DNA from: Candidatus Poribacteria bacterium
GTDB taxonomy: Bacteria; Poribacteria; WGA-4E; WGA-3G
Assembly (NCBI GenBank): GCA_965214095.1
Contig: OZ243938.1
Location: 416,001-480,000, forward strand
Length of the DNA stretch: 64,000 nt
Direction: 5' to 3'
A program made the position numbers and the translations under genes. Within the stretch, counting starts at the first letter, position 1, and each line of letters opens with the position of its first letter. The notes below the pieces were generated by a model that had not been told where the DNA came from, did not search any database, and saw only the letters and a list, made by a program, of their open reading frames with translations. Positions 29,287 through 38,201 of this stretch are shown in pieces.

Positions 29287-30015
29287 TTGACTACAAATAG
29301 AGAAAAAACAAACATTAATCAAAAATCACCAAAAGCAGTTGTTCTACTCAGTGGTGGGTTAGATTCAACCACGACCTTAGCAATCGCAACTGCTGAAGGT
29401 TATGACTGTTATGTGATGAGTTTTCGATATGGACAACGAAATAATCTGGAATTAAAATTCGCACAAAATATCGCAAAATCATTTGATGCAAAACAACACA
29501 CTATTATTGACATAGACCTTCGTATATTTGGTGGATCAGCTCTAACTGCAAATATTGAAGTTCCCAAAGAACGATCAAAAACTGAACAAAGTAATAGCAT
29601 TCCTATAACTTATGTGCCTGCTCGTAATACGATTTTCCTCTCTTATGCACTTGCGTGGTCTGAAGTTCTTACCGCCGATGCAATTTTCATAGGTGTTAAC
29701 GCTATTGACTATAGTGGATACCCGGACTGTCGTCCTGAATATATTCAAACCTATGAAGAGTTGGCAAACCTTGCTACACAAACAAGTGTTGAAGGTAGGA
29801 CGAAAGTAAGAATCTGCACGCCTCTTATTGAGAAAACAAAGGCAGAAATTATCCAGATTGGAACATCTTTGGGTGTAGATTATAGTCTTACGCTGAGTTG
29901 CTATGATCCGGATTCTGAGGGTAGAGCATGTGGTAAATGCGATAGTTGTCATCTTCGTAGAAAAGGATTTGAAGATGCAGGTATATCCGATCCAACTGTA
30001 TATACTCAACCATAA
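29287..30015 (+). CDS. queC: 7-cyano-7-deazaguanine synthase
   Basis: [28 protein letters not shown]...CGKCDSC. Confidence 0.95.
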   Translation: MTTNREKTNINQKSPKAVVLLSGGLDSTTTLAIATAEGYDCYVMSFRYGQRNNLELKFAQNIAKSFDAKQHTIIDIDLRIFGGSALTANIEVPKERSKTEQSNSIPITYVPARNTIFLSYALAWSEVLTADAIFIGVNAIDYSGYPDCRPEYIQTYEELANLATQTSVEGRTKVRICTPLIEKTKAEIIQIGTSLGVDYSLTLSCYDPDSEGRACGKCDSCHLRRKGFEDAGISDPTVYTQP

Positions 30016-30027
30016 ATTTAAAAAAAT

Positions 30028-30735
30028 ATGATAAAAGCAGTATTCTTTGATTTTTATTACACATTAGGTGTTTGGGGACTTCCGTTGGAGGATAGTCTTC
30101 AAAAAATTGCAGATAGATATCAGTTTGAAATTGATTGGGAACTATATGCTAAGGCAGTTCAGCATCTGTTTGCTGAGGCCTCTGACACTGATCCAACAAA
30201 TCACTCATTATTAGAAACGTTGGATAAAATAGTTGAAAGTTACTGCGAATTTACACGAAATCTTGGTGTTCAGGAACATGCGGACCAGATGGCATGGGAA
30301 TTACTTCAAGCAGGACACTCGCTCTTTGCTGCAAATGTCGCCTCACTATACAACGACACTATTCCAACGCTTCAACGATTGCAAGATGAAGGATACAAAT
30401 TAGCAATCGTTTCAAATTGGGATACACCCTTAGACCCGCTTGCAGAACGTTTGGGAATAGCAAAGTATTTTGATGTAATCACCGCATCCCACGATACGCG
30501 TGTTCGGTCAGCAAAACCGGATTCACACATCTTTGAGTATACTTTAAATGCAGTCGGTGTGTCTGCGGAAGAAACCGTGCACGTAGGGGATACTTTTGAA
30601 GCAGATATTGTCGGTGCAAGAGATGTAGGTATTCGTCCTATTCTTATTGATCGAGAAGGCACACAGCACGGCAGATGGCATGAGACGATTCGCAGTCTTA
30701 CCGAACTTCCCGATATATTGAAAGATTCAAATTAG
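30028..30735 (+). CDS. HAD-superfamily hydrolase
   Basis: FFDFYYTL, VSNWD, KPD..IF, HVGDT.EADI.GA. Confidence 0.88.
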   Translation: MIKAVFFDFYYTLGVWGLPLEDSLQKIADRYQFEIDWELYAKAVQHLFAEASDTDPTNHSLLETLDKIVESYCEFTRNLGVQEHADQMAWELLQAGHSLFAANVASLYNDTIPTLQRLQDEGYKLAIVSNWDTPLDPLAERLGIAKYFDVITASHDTRVRSAKPDSHIFEYTLNAVGVSAEETVHVGDTFEADIVGARDVGIRPILIDREGTQHGRWHETIRSLTELPDILKDSN

Positions 30736-30775
30736 TCTCTACTAAGATTTCATACAATCTTCCATCGGTTTCATT

Positions 30776-31543
30776 TTATGATGTTGACGTGTCGGATTTC
30801 AAACGACTAATTTCTTCGCGGAGTCCTGCCAATTCTGCCTCGGCCTGTAAACGAGCCACTACTGCTTCTTCTGCTCTATTTTCTGCTTCTTTTGCTCTTA
30901 TCGTTGCAACAGTTGCTGGCGTTTCTAACCACTTCTCATTGTTAAGATCAAAAAATCCGAATTCCTCACCACGCAAACGTAGCTCTAAATCCAATGTCTC
31001 GGAATAAACATGACCATCAGCATCTGGTTGAATAGGAAGATATTCACCATCTACCAACCTAAAACCCAAAATTGGAATAGGCAGCAAACGTCTTTCAGGG
31101 TCGTATAGGAAGTATTCTAAAATTCCTATCTCCGCATAGAGATGTTTTTTCTCATTTTGGTCTTTACGATATGTATTTGGACTTGAGAACTCAAGCACGA
31201 AGTCAGGTGGTTTCCCTTCGTTCCATATCTGGTAAATGCGTCTTTCTTTCTTACCCACACCAAACGCAACAAACACATCAGGTGAGATTGATTTTTGAGG
31301 ATTTCCTTCTTCATAATACATCATCATGTTCCCTGATACACAGGTGTCTTTGTCATCTATGTAATGTAAAGATAACGTCTGAATTGACGAAATAAGACAA
31401 TCCCGATGACGTTCAGTTTCAGCCATTGGTTTCCCATCCGATTCTGGATAATAGATATCCGTATCTGTTGTCGGAGCATAACGTGGACGATAAGTGGAGT
31501 CTGTTGTTTTTGAGGGAGTAAATTGTCCATTTTTACCTGCCAT
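30776..31543 (-). CDS. Uma2-family endonuclease-fold protein with C-terminal coiled coil
   Basis: YPESDGKPMAET, SPDVFV, PDFVLEFSS, EYFLYDP. Confidence 0.9.
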   Translation of the reverse strand: MAGKNGQFTPSKTTDSTYRPRYAPTTDTDIYYPESDGKPMAETERHRDCLISSIQTLSLHYIDDKDTCVSGNMMMYYEEGNPQKSISPDVFVAFGVGKKERRIYQIWNEGKPPDFVLEFSSPNTYRKDQNEKKHLYAEIGILEYFLYDPERRLLPIPILGFRLVDGEYLPIQPDADGHVYSETLDLELRLRGEEFGFFDLNNEKWLETPATVATIRAKEAENRAEEAVVARLQAEAELAGLREEISRLKSDTSTS

Positions 31544-31695
31544 TATCGCATCTCCTAAGTTTGTTTTTGTGTTTATTTGTTAAATATCGTTGTCCAATTT
31601 TATCTTATTGTTCTTGCTAAATCAATTGAATTCGTCTTTAAAGAATCTCTCTTGTCAGACGCTTTAATTCTGAACTGTGGAACTTACAACTACTC

Positions 31696-32970
31696 TTAGC
31701 TGAATTGTGATCGCAATGCCCACAATCCCTGTCCCGGTTCACTAATATAATAGAATCCACCATCATTGAACCCATCTGCAAGTGTTTCTGGATTGTAGAG
31801 TTCCAACACTTTCTCCAATGGCATCCATTCATAACCTACAGATTCAATTTCTTGTTGAGATAAATGTTCTGTGGCATAGACAACCTTGAATCGTCCTTCA
31901 GTACTCCCATGTATTAGATGGGCAGCAGCAGAAAGATTTTCTCTGAGCTCAGAATTTTCCTCAACTGCTTTGAGTGTTGCAGGTGTTCCGCGATATCCGT
32001 ACTTCCGAATTAGTCTGTCTATTTCGGTATCCTCTCCAAATTCGTGTATTCCTGGGGCAATAATAATCAACTCCCCATCGTCAGCCATTACCATACGGGT
32101 CCGATAAATCGCTTTGTTTCCGAGCCAAGTGCTTCTAAATTCACGCGGATCCAAATAAACCACAGCTTTATTCAAAGGTTCATCCAAAAAAGTCATATTT
32201 ACATTTCTACTCAATTCCGCTGCGATTTCAAATGTCTGCGCATCATCGCCGATGTATAGTCCACGCATAATTCGCTCACCATCTATATCTACATCCATAA
32301 CACTCATGATATAGATAATTCCGAGTTGTTTCAGATAGTGGGAATGTGCATAATTCAGTACGCGTCTAACAGATGTATCTGTGCGACCCATTAACTTCTC
32401 CATGCCATCAACAGCACCGAGGAAATGTGTCTTATTTATCATTTCAACCCCACCTGTTCCGACAAGTATATTCTTAAATCCGTTAGCAATACCGATAACT
32501 TCATGCGGAATCACCTGTCCAACAGAGATAACCAGATCATATTCCCCTTCAACGATGTGACGATTAATTGCTACCGGTATACTATAATCCAGTTTCCCAC
32601 CAGATACTTCACGGATAAACTCAGATGGCACTTCACCGAAAGTGAACAAACCAGATCGCCAATTATGTTCATGGTAAACTGCCTTCGGTAGTTCCCCATA
32701 CATCTCAGCAATATGTTCACCCGTCATTGGGGCATGTGTACCGATAGCCGGAAGTATGTCAAAAACCTGACCATTTCCACTGTCCCAGAGTTCATATAGT
32801 ATACGAGTGAGTTCACCAGCATTTGAATGCAAGCGCGTTATATCAGGCGGAATTATCAGTATTTTCTTGGGTATGCCACCCAACTTGAGCAGTGCCTCAT
32901 GAATAAATGCCTTTTTCTCTTCAGTTGAAATAATTGAATCTTGTGCACCATGTGCTATGTATGTTGACAT
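31696..32970 (-). CDS. Lactate racemase (LarA)-domain nickel-pincer epimerase/racemase (DUF2088)
   Basis: PPDITR, IGTH, PHEV.G...K, THFLG positions as in the LarA family. Confidence 0.8.
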   Translation of the reverse strand: MSTYIAHGAQDSIISTEEKKAFIHEALLKLGGIPKKILIIPPDITRLHSNAGELTRILYELWDSGNGQVFDILPAIGTHAPMTGEHIAEMYGELPKAVYHEHNWRSGLFTFGEVPSEFIREVSGGKLDYSIPVAINRHIVEGEYDLVISVGQVIPHEVIGIANGFKNILVGTGGVEMINKTHFLGAVDGMEKLMGRTDTSVRRVLNYAHSHYLKQLGIIYIMSVMDVDIDGERIMRGLYIGDDAQTFEIAAELSRNVNMTFLDEPLNKAVVYLDPREFRSTWLGNKAIYRTRMVMADDGELIIIAPGIHEFGEDTEIDRLIRKYGYRGTPATLKAVEENSELRENLSAAAHLIHGSTEGRFKVVYATEHLSQQEIESVGYEWMPLEKVLELYNPETLADGFNDGGFYYISEPGQGLWALRSQFS

Positions 32971-33241
32971 TATGTCTATCTCTTATGTCTATCTGAAAGT
33001 TATGAGGGTGGAAATGAAGATAACCACCTTCTATACATTGAAACTAAAAGCCCTGGACTCTCCGTTGTTTCTCATGAGTTAGGGATTACACTGACACAAC
33101 AAGGTGTTTGAAAGCAAGCACAAGTCTCAACGAATATCTGGACTGGCCAGGCATAATTGATAACGGAATGTTTTTAAAACTAAACAATCCTGGGAAACCG
33201 AACCTACCGTCGTGTGTAAATAATTATGGTTTTACTATAAC

Positions 33242-34702
33242 CTATAATCTCTGTCGAAGTCTGAGAGATTTGACCCATCTTTGTGCCTTAGGTACCGATG
33301 TGTCAAAAGGTTCTTTCATTTCAAAACACTCGGTTTGTCCAGCATAGATATGGTGCCAGTCAACTATACACTGCATTTTATGCTTTTTGAGGTTTCGCAT
33401 AAGATACCCGCGAACTCTTGCACGTGTGTCAAGAGGGGCGTTGCTGATGGCATGACTAATTTGTTGGTCTGTGATAACACGTCTGATACACCCTTCGTTT
33501 TGAAGTGCGTAGAAGATACCGCTATCGGGGTCAATATTGTGGTATTCTAAATCAATGCTTTTGAGCCACGGGTCATCCCAGGAGAGTTCTTCATCTTCAA
33601 TTAATGCTTCAAGAAACCACTTTTTTGCTGCCCAATCAATCCGAGTTGTGAGTCGTGTCCAATCTACTTCAAGGTCATCAAGCACAGATTCCCACTCGGT
33701 GAGAACCCATTCATCAGTTTCGTTCATGTCAGTTATCATCTCTCGGACAAAGTTCACATATTCGCGTTGAATATCAATAGCCGTGACAACTCTACCGTTC
33801 TGCATCTCAATATCCCATTCAAGGGAAGTATCACGTGAAATATGTTTGATAGCAGCAATGGGGTCAAGGAGATCAATATTGGGCATGGGAAGTTTCTCGC
33901 CATAAATATCGTAATGTTTCTCAATAGCATCAAGGACGAGTGCAGTAGTGCCAACCTTCAGAGCAATGGCATATTCAGACATATTCGTATCACCGACAAG
34001 GAGATGTAGACGGCGGTATTTCGTATAGTCGCTAAGCGGTTCGTCTCGGGTATTGATGATAGCACGACTAAATTGAATCCATTCATAGATTTCAGTTACG
34101 ATATGGTCTGCTCTTTGTGATATTTGGTATCCGACAAAGTCGTCGACGCTATATTGTCCATCACCGAATTCAAGGATATCATCATATCCACCGACTCTCC
34201 CCGCACCAGCAAAAATTTGACGCGTTACGAAGAACGGCAGTAAGGTAGGAATAACAATTCTATAAAAGGGAACATCTCGACGTGCTTGAAAGTTTTCGTG
34301 GCATCCGAATGTGGCACCAGTGTAATGATCTATATTGTTTTTGTAGAAGGCGACGTGAGAAGAACGACTAGTGTCTTGCAGGATTGCAGTGATGACGTGT
34401 TCAATGGCTTTGTCATAAGCGATGAGGTCAAAAAGATTGGCACATTCTGGTGTGGCATATTCAAGGTGTCCCATGTCAATGTATAGTCGGCCCCCGTTGA
34501 ATAGAAAACCTCCATTGCCGGGTGGTTCACCCCAATCGCGATAATGGAGATCGGGGATGCCGAGTTCAAGTATTTTGAAGGTATAGTCCCTAACATTCGC
34601 AGCGACTCCTTCAGGAGATACTTTAATACGTTGGGTCTGCACCGTTGGCGGCTGTATCATGCACCCAAATTCAGTTTCGATTCCCATTATTCTGTGTGAC
34701 AT
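33242..34702 (-). CDS. pafA: Pup/UBact-protein ligase (PafA family)
   Basis: GIETEFG, NGGRLYIDMGHLEYATPEC, GCHENF, SQRAD, RAIINTRDEP, YRRLHLLVGD. Confidence 0.9.
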   Translation of the reverse strand: MSHRIMGIETEFGCMIQPPTVQTQRIKVSPEGVAANVRDYTFKILELGIPDLHYRDWGEPPGNGGFLFNGGRLYIDMGHLEYATPECANLFDLIAYDKAIEHVITAILQDTSRSSHVAFYKNNIDHYTGATFGCHENFQARRDVPFYRIVIPTLLPFFVTRQIFAGAGRVGGYDDILEFGDGQYSVDDFVGYQISQRADHIVTEIYEWIQFSRAIINTRDEPLSDYTKYRRLHLLVGDTNMSEYAIALKVGTTALVLDAIEKHYDIYGEKLPMPNIDLLDPIAAIKHISRDTSLEWDIEMQNGRVVTAIDIQREYVNFVREMITDMNETDEWVLTEWESVLDDLEVDWTRLTTRIDWAAKKWFLEALIEDEELSWDDPWLKSIDLEYHNIDPDSGIFYALQNEGCIRRVITDQQISHAISNAPLDTRARVRGYLMRNLKKHKMQCIVDWHHIYAGQTECFEMKEPFDTSVPKAQRWVKSLRLRQRL

Positions 34703-34716
34703 GGGTTATTCCTCAT

Positions 34717-35487
34717 TTAACTTATATCGCGGGCTGCCTGAATCTCATCTTGTGTTAGGATACGAAACTTTGTATCTGCGGGTAGAGTATCATCTAATAT
34801 ACCCACCTCAATTTCTCCATCCTCTAATTCGGTATCTATTATTTCTTCTATCTCTTCATCAGGCACTTCGGTGTCGTCCTCTGCCTCTTCAGAACGTTGA
34901 CTTAACACCCTACCGACTGCCCATGTTTTGAGTGCTAACTGCAGTGTAGAAGCAAGATCATTATTGTTACCATTTTGGGCAGTAGTCAGGTATTCTTGCA
35001 TTGAATTTTCAATTTCCAAGGTGCCGCCAATCACGGCAGAGTCATGATCTACTTTGACGTTCCCATCGTAGTTTATATGCGTAAATTGTGTTTGTTCATC
35101 ACCATTACCGATTTCGACGAGAAGCATTTTGATAATGTATGCTTCACCGACAATTGCTTCAAACGCTTGTTTGAAGGTATGTGCTAAAACATAATGGGTT
35201 AAACGGTGTAGGTTTACATCTTCGGTAGCACTTTGGAATGCTTGAACGCTTGCGGTGTCTGTTACAAGCATTCGGAGACGTTCAATGTCAGCGGGGTGAC
35301 CGATTGCGGAGAGTGCAATGCGGTCATGAACTTCAAATATTTTTTGGGCACCTTTTGTAACAGTCAATAGGAGGCAACCTTGTTCGTAGGGTAGTCCGAC
35401 AACAGGACTCCCGAGTCTGAGTTGGTCTTCAATATAGTCGCGCCGGTCCTGAATTGCTTCAATCCAACGATACGGCAGATCACGCAT
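34717..35487 (-). CDS. prcA: 20S proteasome alpha subunit
   Basis: DRRDYIEDQLRLGSPVV, KIFEVHDRIALSAIG; operon position. Confidence 0.88.
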   Translation of the reverse strand: MRDLPYRWIEAIQDRRDYIEDQLRLGSPVVGLPYEQGCLLLTVTKGAQKIFEVHDRIALSAIGHPADIERLRMLVTDTASVQAFQSATEDVNLHRLTHYVLAHTFKQAFEAIVGEAYIIKMLLVEIGNGDEQTQFTHINYDGNVKVDHDSAVIGGTLEIENSMQEYLTTAQNGNNNDLASTLQLALKTWAVGRVLSQRSEEAEDDTEVPDEEIEEIIDTELEDGEIEVGILDDTLPADTKFRILTQDEIQAARDIS

Positions 35488-36353
35488 TATGTAGCCTCCA
35501 CGTAACAGTCTTTTAGGAAATCATCAGAGAGTGTTTCTACTCCCTGTTGTGTTATGGTTTTAACAGTCGGAAAAATCTCGGCTTTTGCGTTGTAGCCGCT
35601 GGTTGCAGCGTCATATTCGCTTGCGGTGTCAAGAAGTCTTAAAATGGTGATAGTCGCTTGTTGTTGATCCATATCTTCTAATCGGGTTTCACCCCATCTG
35701 TCAATGTATCGTAGGACACCACGTATCCAGATGGAACCTGAACCGGTAGTAGCGAAATCCACATTCTCAAAATGTGCACCGAGTGCGTCATAGAAGTAAA
35801 TTTTACCACCATTCTCCGATTCGTCAGTTTGTGGTGCATACAAAGCGAAAATCGGAATAACCGCACCAATTCCCTGCAGTGCCATGGGAAGATTATCTCG
35901 GATAAGACGTGAAAGTGTACGAAGTTTACCTTCAATACTCAATTCTTGTAGCTGGCTTCGTCTGAAATATTGGAAAGAGTGTTTTAAAACACGTGCAATC
36001 TCATACGCCGTTGCGGGTGCACCAGAGATTGCAAGCACAGAATGTGAATCAATTGGAAGGACTTTCTCAGCACGGTCATGGATAACAGAGGTACCCGCAG
36101 TTGCACGCCGATCCCCTGCGATGATGATACCTTCGCTATAACGCATAGCAACAACCGTTGTGGCTTCCGGTATCTCCAACGTTTTACCATAAGTTGATTT
36201 TTCTTGCAATGGCAACTCTAACGCATCACGCATCGGCTTTGAAACATGTGTAAACTTTATATTGTCATCCGATGAGAGATTATCCATTTCAGGTGTGTCA
36301 TGCAAGATATCAGGGTGTTTTATCAAACTGAGAAAGTCACCTTTATGGTTCAT
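35487..36353 (-). CDS. prcB: 20S proteasome beta subunit with 64-aa propeptide
   Basis: Mature N-terminus TTVVAMRY; Thr1, Asp17 (GDRR), Lys33 correctly spaced; GSGS motif. Confidence 0.92.
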   Translation of the reverse strand: MNHKGDFLSLIKHPDILHDTPEMDNLSSDDNIKFTHVSKPMRDALELPLQEKSTYGKTLEIPEATTVVAMRYSEGIIIAGDRRATAGTSVIHDRAEKVLPIDSHSVLAISGAPATAYEIARVLKHSFQYFRRSQLQELSIEGKLRTLSRLIRDNLPMALQGIGAVIPIFALYAPQTDESENGGKIYFYDALGAHFENVDFATTGSGSIWIRGVLRYIDRWGETRLEDMDQQQATITILRLLDTASEYDAATSGYNAKAEIFPTVKTITQQGVETLSDDFLKDCYVEAT

Positions 36354-36550
36354 TATTCCCCCGTTCTCTGACGGTATCGCCGGGATTGGTCTTTGTCAAC
36401 ACGGCGCATACGTTTGAGCAGTTCTTGAGTGTCCGGTCTGTTGACGTCTGGACGTTTCGGTGCATTATTGTCGTCTCCACCATCATCGGGTTCAAACGGT
36501 TTTGTCGGCTTCTGTTTGCGTTCGGGGTAATAGACAATCTGGTCTTTCAT
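36353..36550 (-). CDS. ubact: Ubiquitin-like modifier UBact
   Basis: 65 aa, polar and disordered; ends LLKRMRRVD...RRYRQRTGE (R[T/S]G[E/Q]); occupies the pup position. Confidence 0.9.
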   Translation of the reverse strand: MKDQIVYYPERKQKPTKPFEPDDGGDDNNAPKRPDVNRPDTQELLKRMRRVDKDQSRRYRQRTGE

Positions 36551-36614
36551 CAGAATTTCTCCTTAATTTGCTTTATATAAGCAATTTTATAATCTGCCTC
36601 ATTTATAAAATGGG

Positions 36615-38135
36615 TTAGTTCAATCCAAGTTTTTCAACGAGGGTTTGGGGGTTTGGGGATAAGTCAAGTGCTTCATTATATTTCTGAGCAATTTCAGGAT
36701 TCGCGAGTGAGTTCATATTCACTGTAACAGGTTTGCCATCAATATCAAAGGTAATGCTGTCCCACTGTACAGTTCTGATTGCGTCTTCAAACTTGTTTAA
36801 GGACGTGCCGCGGAAATAAGCCCGTGTGTCAAGTGGAGGCGTGTGCATAGCAGTATGGACCTGTTCGTCTGATATAATCCGTTGCATCTGTAGACCATAG
36901 AACAAACCATCCTCAAGATTTATGTTGTGGTATTCTAAATCAATGCTCTGCAGCCATAGGTCATCCCATTCAATACCCTCCGATTCCACGAATGTCTCCA
37001 ACAACCATTTTTTCGCTACCCAATCAAGGCGATCTGTAAGACGCATTGGATCATCTTCAAGAGCATTCAACGTTTGTTCCCATTCTGTCAACACCCAATC
37101 TGTCTCATCACTTAGATGTGCAAGATGTTTTTGTGCCAGTGCAAGATATTCACGTTGATGATCAATAGCACTCATCATTTTTCCATCAACTTTTTGTATC
37201 ATCCAACGATACGTCTGATCATGCGAAATAATTTTGATAGTATCAATCGGGTTCGCGATTGCAAACGATTTTGGAATAAGCCGTTGTTCTATTAATTCAA
37301 TAACAAGCGCAGTCGTTCCGACTTTGAGAGCGGTCGCGTATTCGGACATATTTGCGTCTCCGACGATACCGTGTAGTCTTCGATATTTCGCAGGATCAGC
37401 GTGCGGCTCGTCCCGAGTGTTGACAATGGGACGTTTGTGCATCGTATCTACACTTGCTTCAACGTGAAAGAAGTCAGCACGTTGTGTAAGTTGAAAATGT
37501 CCGGGGGTTGCAAGTCCTGCTTCTGTTTCTATACCTATTTTCCCTGCCCCAGCATAAATCTGCCGTGTAACAAAAAACGGTAGAATACTGGATTTCAGGT
37601 AATCAAAGGGTACTTCACGTGCCATTAGGTAGTTGTCGTGGCATCCATAACTATGTCCATAAAAATCAGTATTGTTTTTGTATAGTAGGACACGTTGTCC
37701 GAGTTCTTCGCTCCGTCTTTCAGCACATTCTTGAAGTATGCGTTCACCCGCTTTGTCGTGTGCGACGAGGTCAAAAAGGTTTTGGCATTCTGGTGTTGAA
37801 TATTCAGGATGTGCATGGTCATTATATAGACGCGCACCATTGATAAGAATGCGGTCACTTTTTATCTCACGAAAGGAACGCCCCGGTTGCTCTGCAAATC
37901 GTTCCTTATCTTTTTTCTCTTCTTCAACTTCATCTGGATGGTTGCTGAGCTGTTTGGCTCGAAACCCGCGTTCATCCCGAAACGGGTCTTCACCGTCATA
38001 ATCCCATTGCGGTAAAATTTTGTGGTCACACTGATAATGCTTGATTAACTCTATGGATTCCTTAACAGGATCAATTTGCTCAGCATTCTCAAGGGTTATA
38101 CCGTATTCGGTTTCAATTCCAAATAGTCTGTGCAT
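36615..38135 (-). CDS. dop: Depupylase/deamidase Dop
   Basis: GIETEYG, NGARLYNDHAHPEYSTPEC (Dop-type), GCHDNY, RPIVNTRDEPHAD. Confidence 0.9.
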   Translation of the reverse strand: MHRLFGIETEYGITLENAEQIDPVKESIELIKHYQCDHKILPQWDYDGEDPFRDERGFRAKQLSNHPDEVEEEKKDKERFAEQPGRSFREIKSDRILINGARLYNDHAHPEYSTPECQNLFDLVAHDKAGERILQECAERRSEELGQRVLLYKNNTDFYGHSYGCHDNYLMAREVPFDYLKSSILPFFVTRQIYAGAGKIGIETEAGLATPGHFQLTQRADFFHVEASVDTMHKRPIVNTRDEPHADPAKYRRLHGIVGDANMSEYATALKVGTTALVIELIEQRLIPKSFAIANPIDTIKIISHDQTYRWMIQKVDGKMMSAIDHQREYLALAQKHLAHLSDETDWVLTEWEQTLNALEDDPMRLTDRLDWVAKKWLLETFVESEGIEWDDLWLQSIDLEYHNINLEDGLFYGLQMQRIISDEQVHTAMHTPPLDTRAYFRGTSLNKFEDAIRTVQWDSITFDIDGKPVTVNMNSLANPEIAQKYNEALDLSPNPQTLVEKLGLN

Positions 38136-38201
38136 TATTTGTGTCTTTCTGTTTACTTTGGTATTCTGATAGAAGTGTGAAGTGCCACGTTGAAAATATC
38201 T

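Noticed and set aside
29287-30015. queC as part of a defence or DNA-modification system (QatC, Dpd)
   Set aside because: Ordinary-length canonical QueC, no dpd or qat neighbours, and queG is present, consistent with tRNA queuosine synthesis
36353-36550. Canonical Pup, or a wholly new modifier
   Set aside because: C-terminus RTGE matches the already described UBact rather than Pup GG[E/Q]
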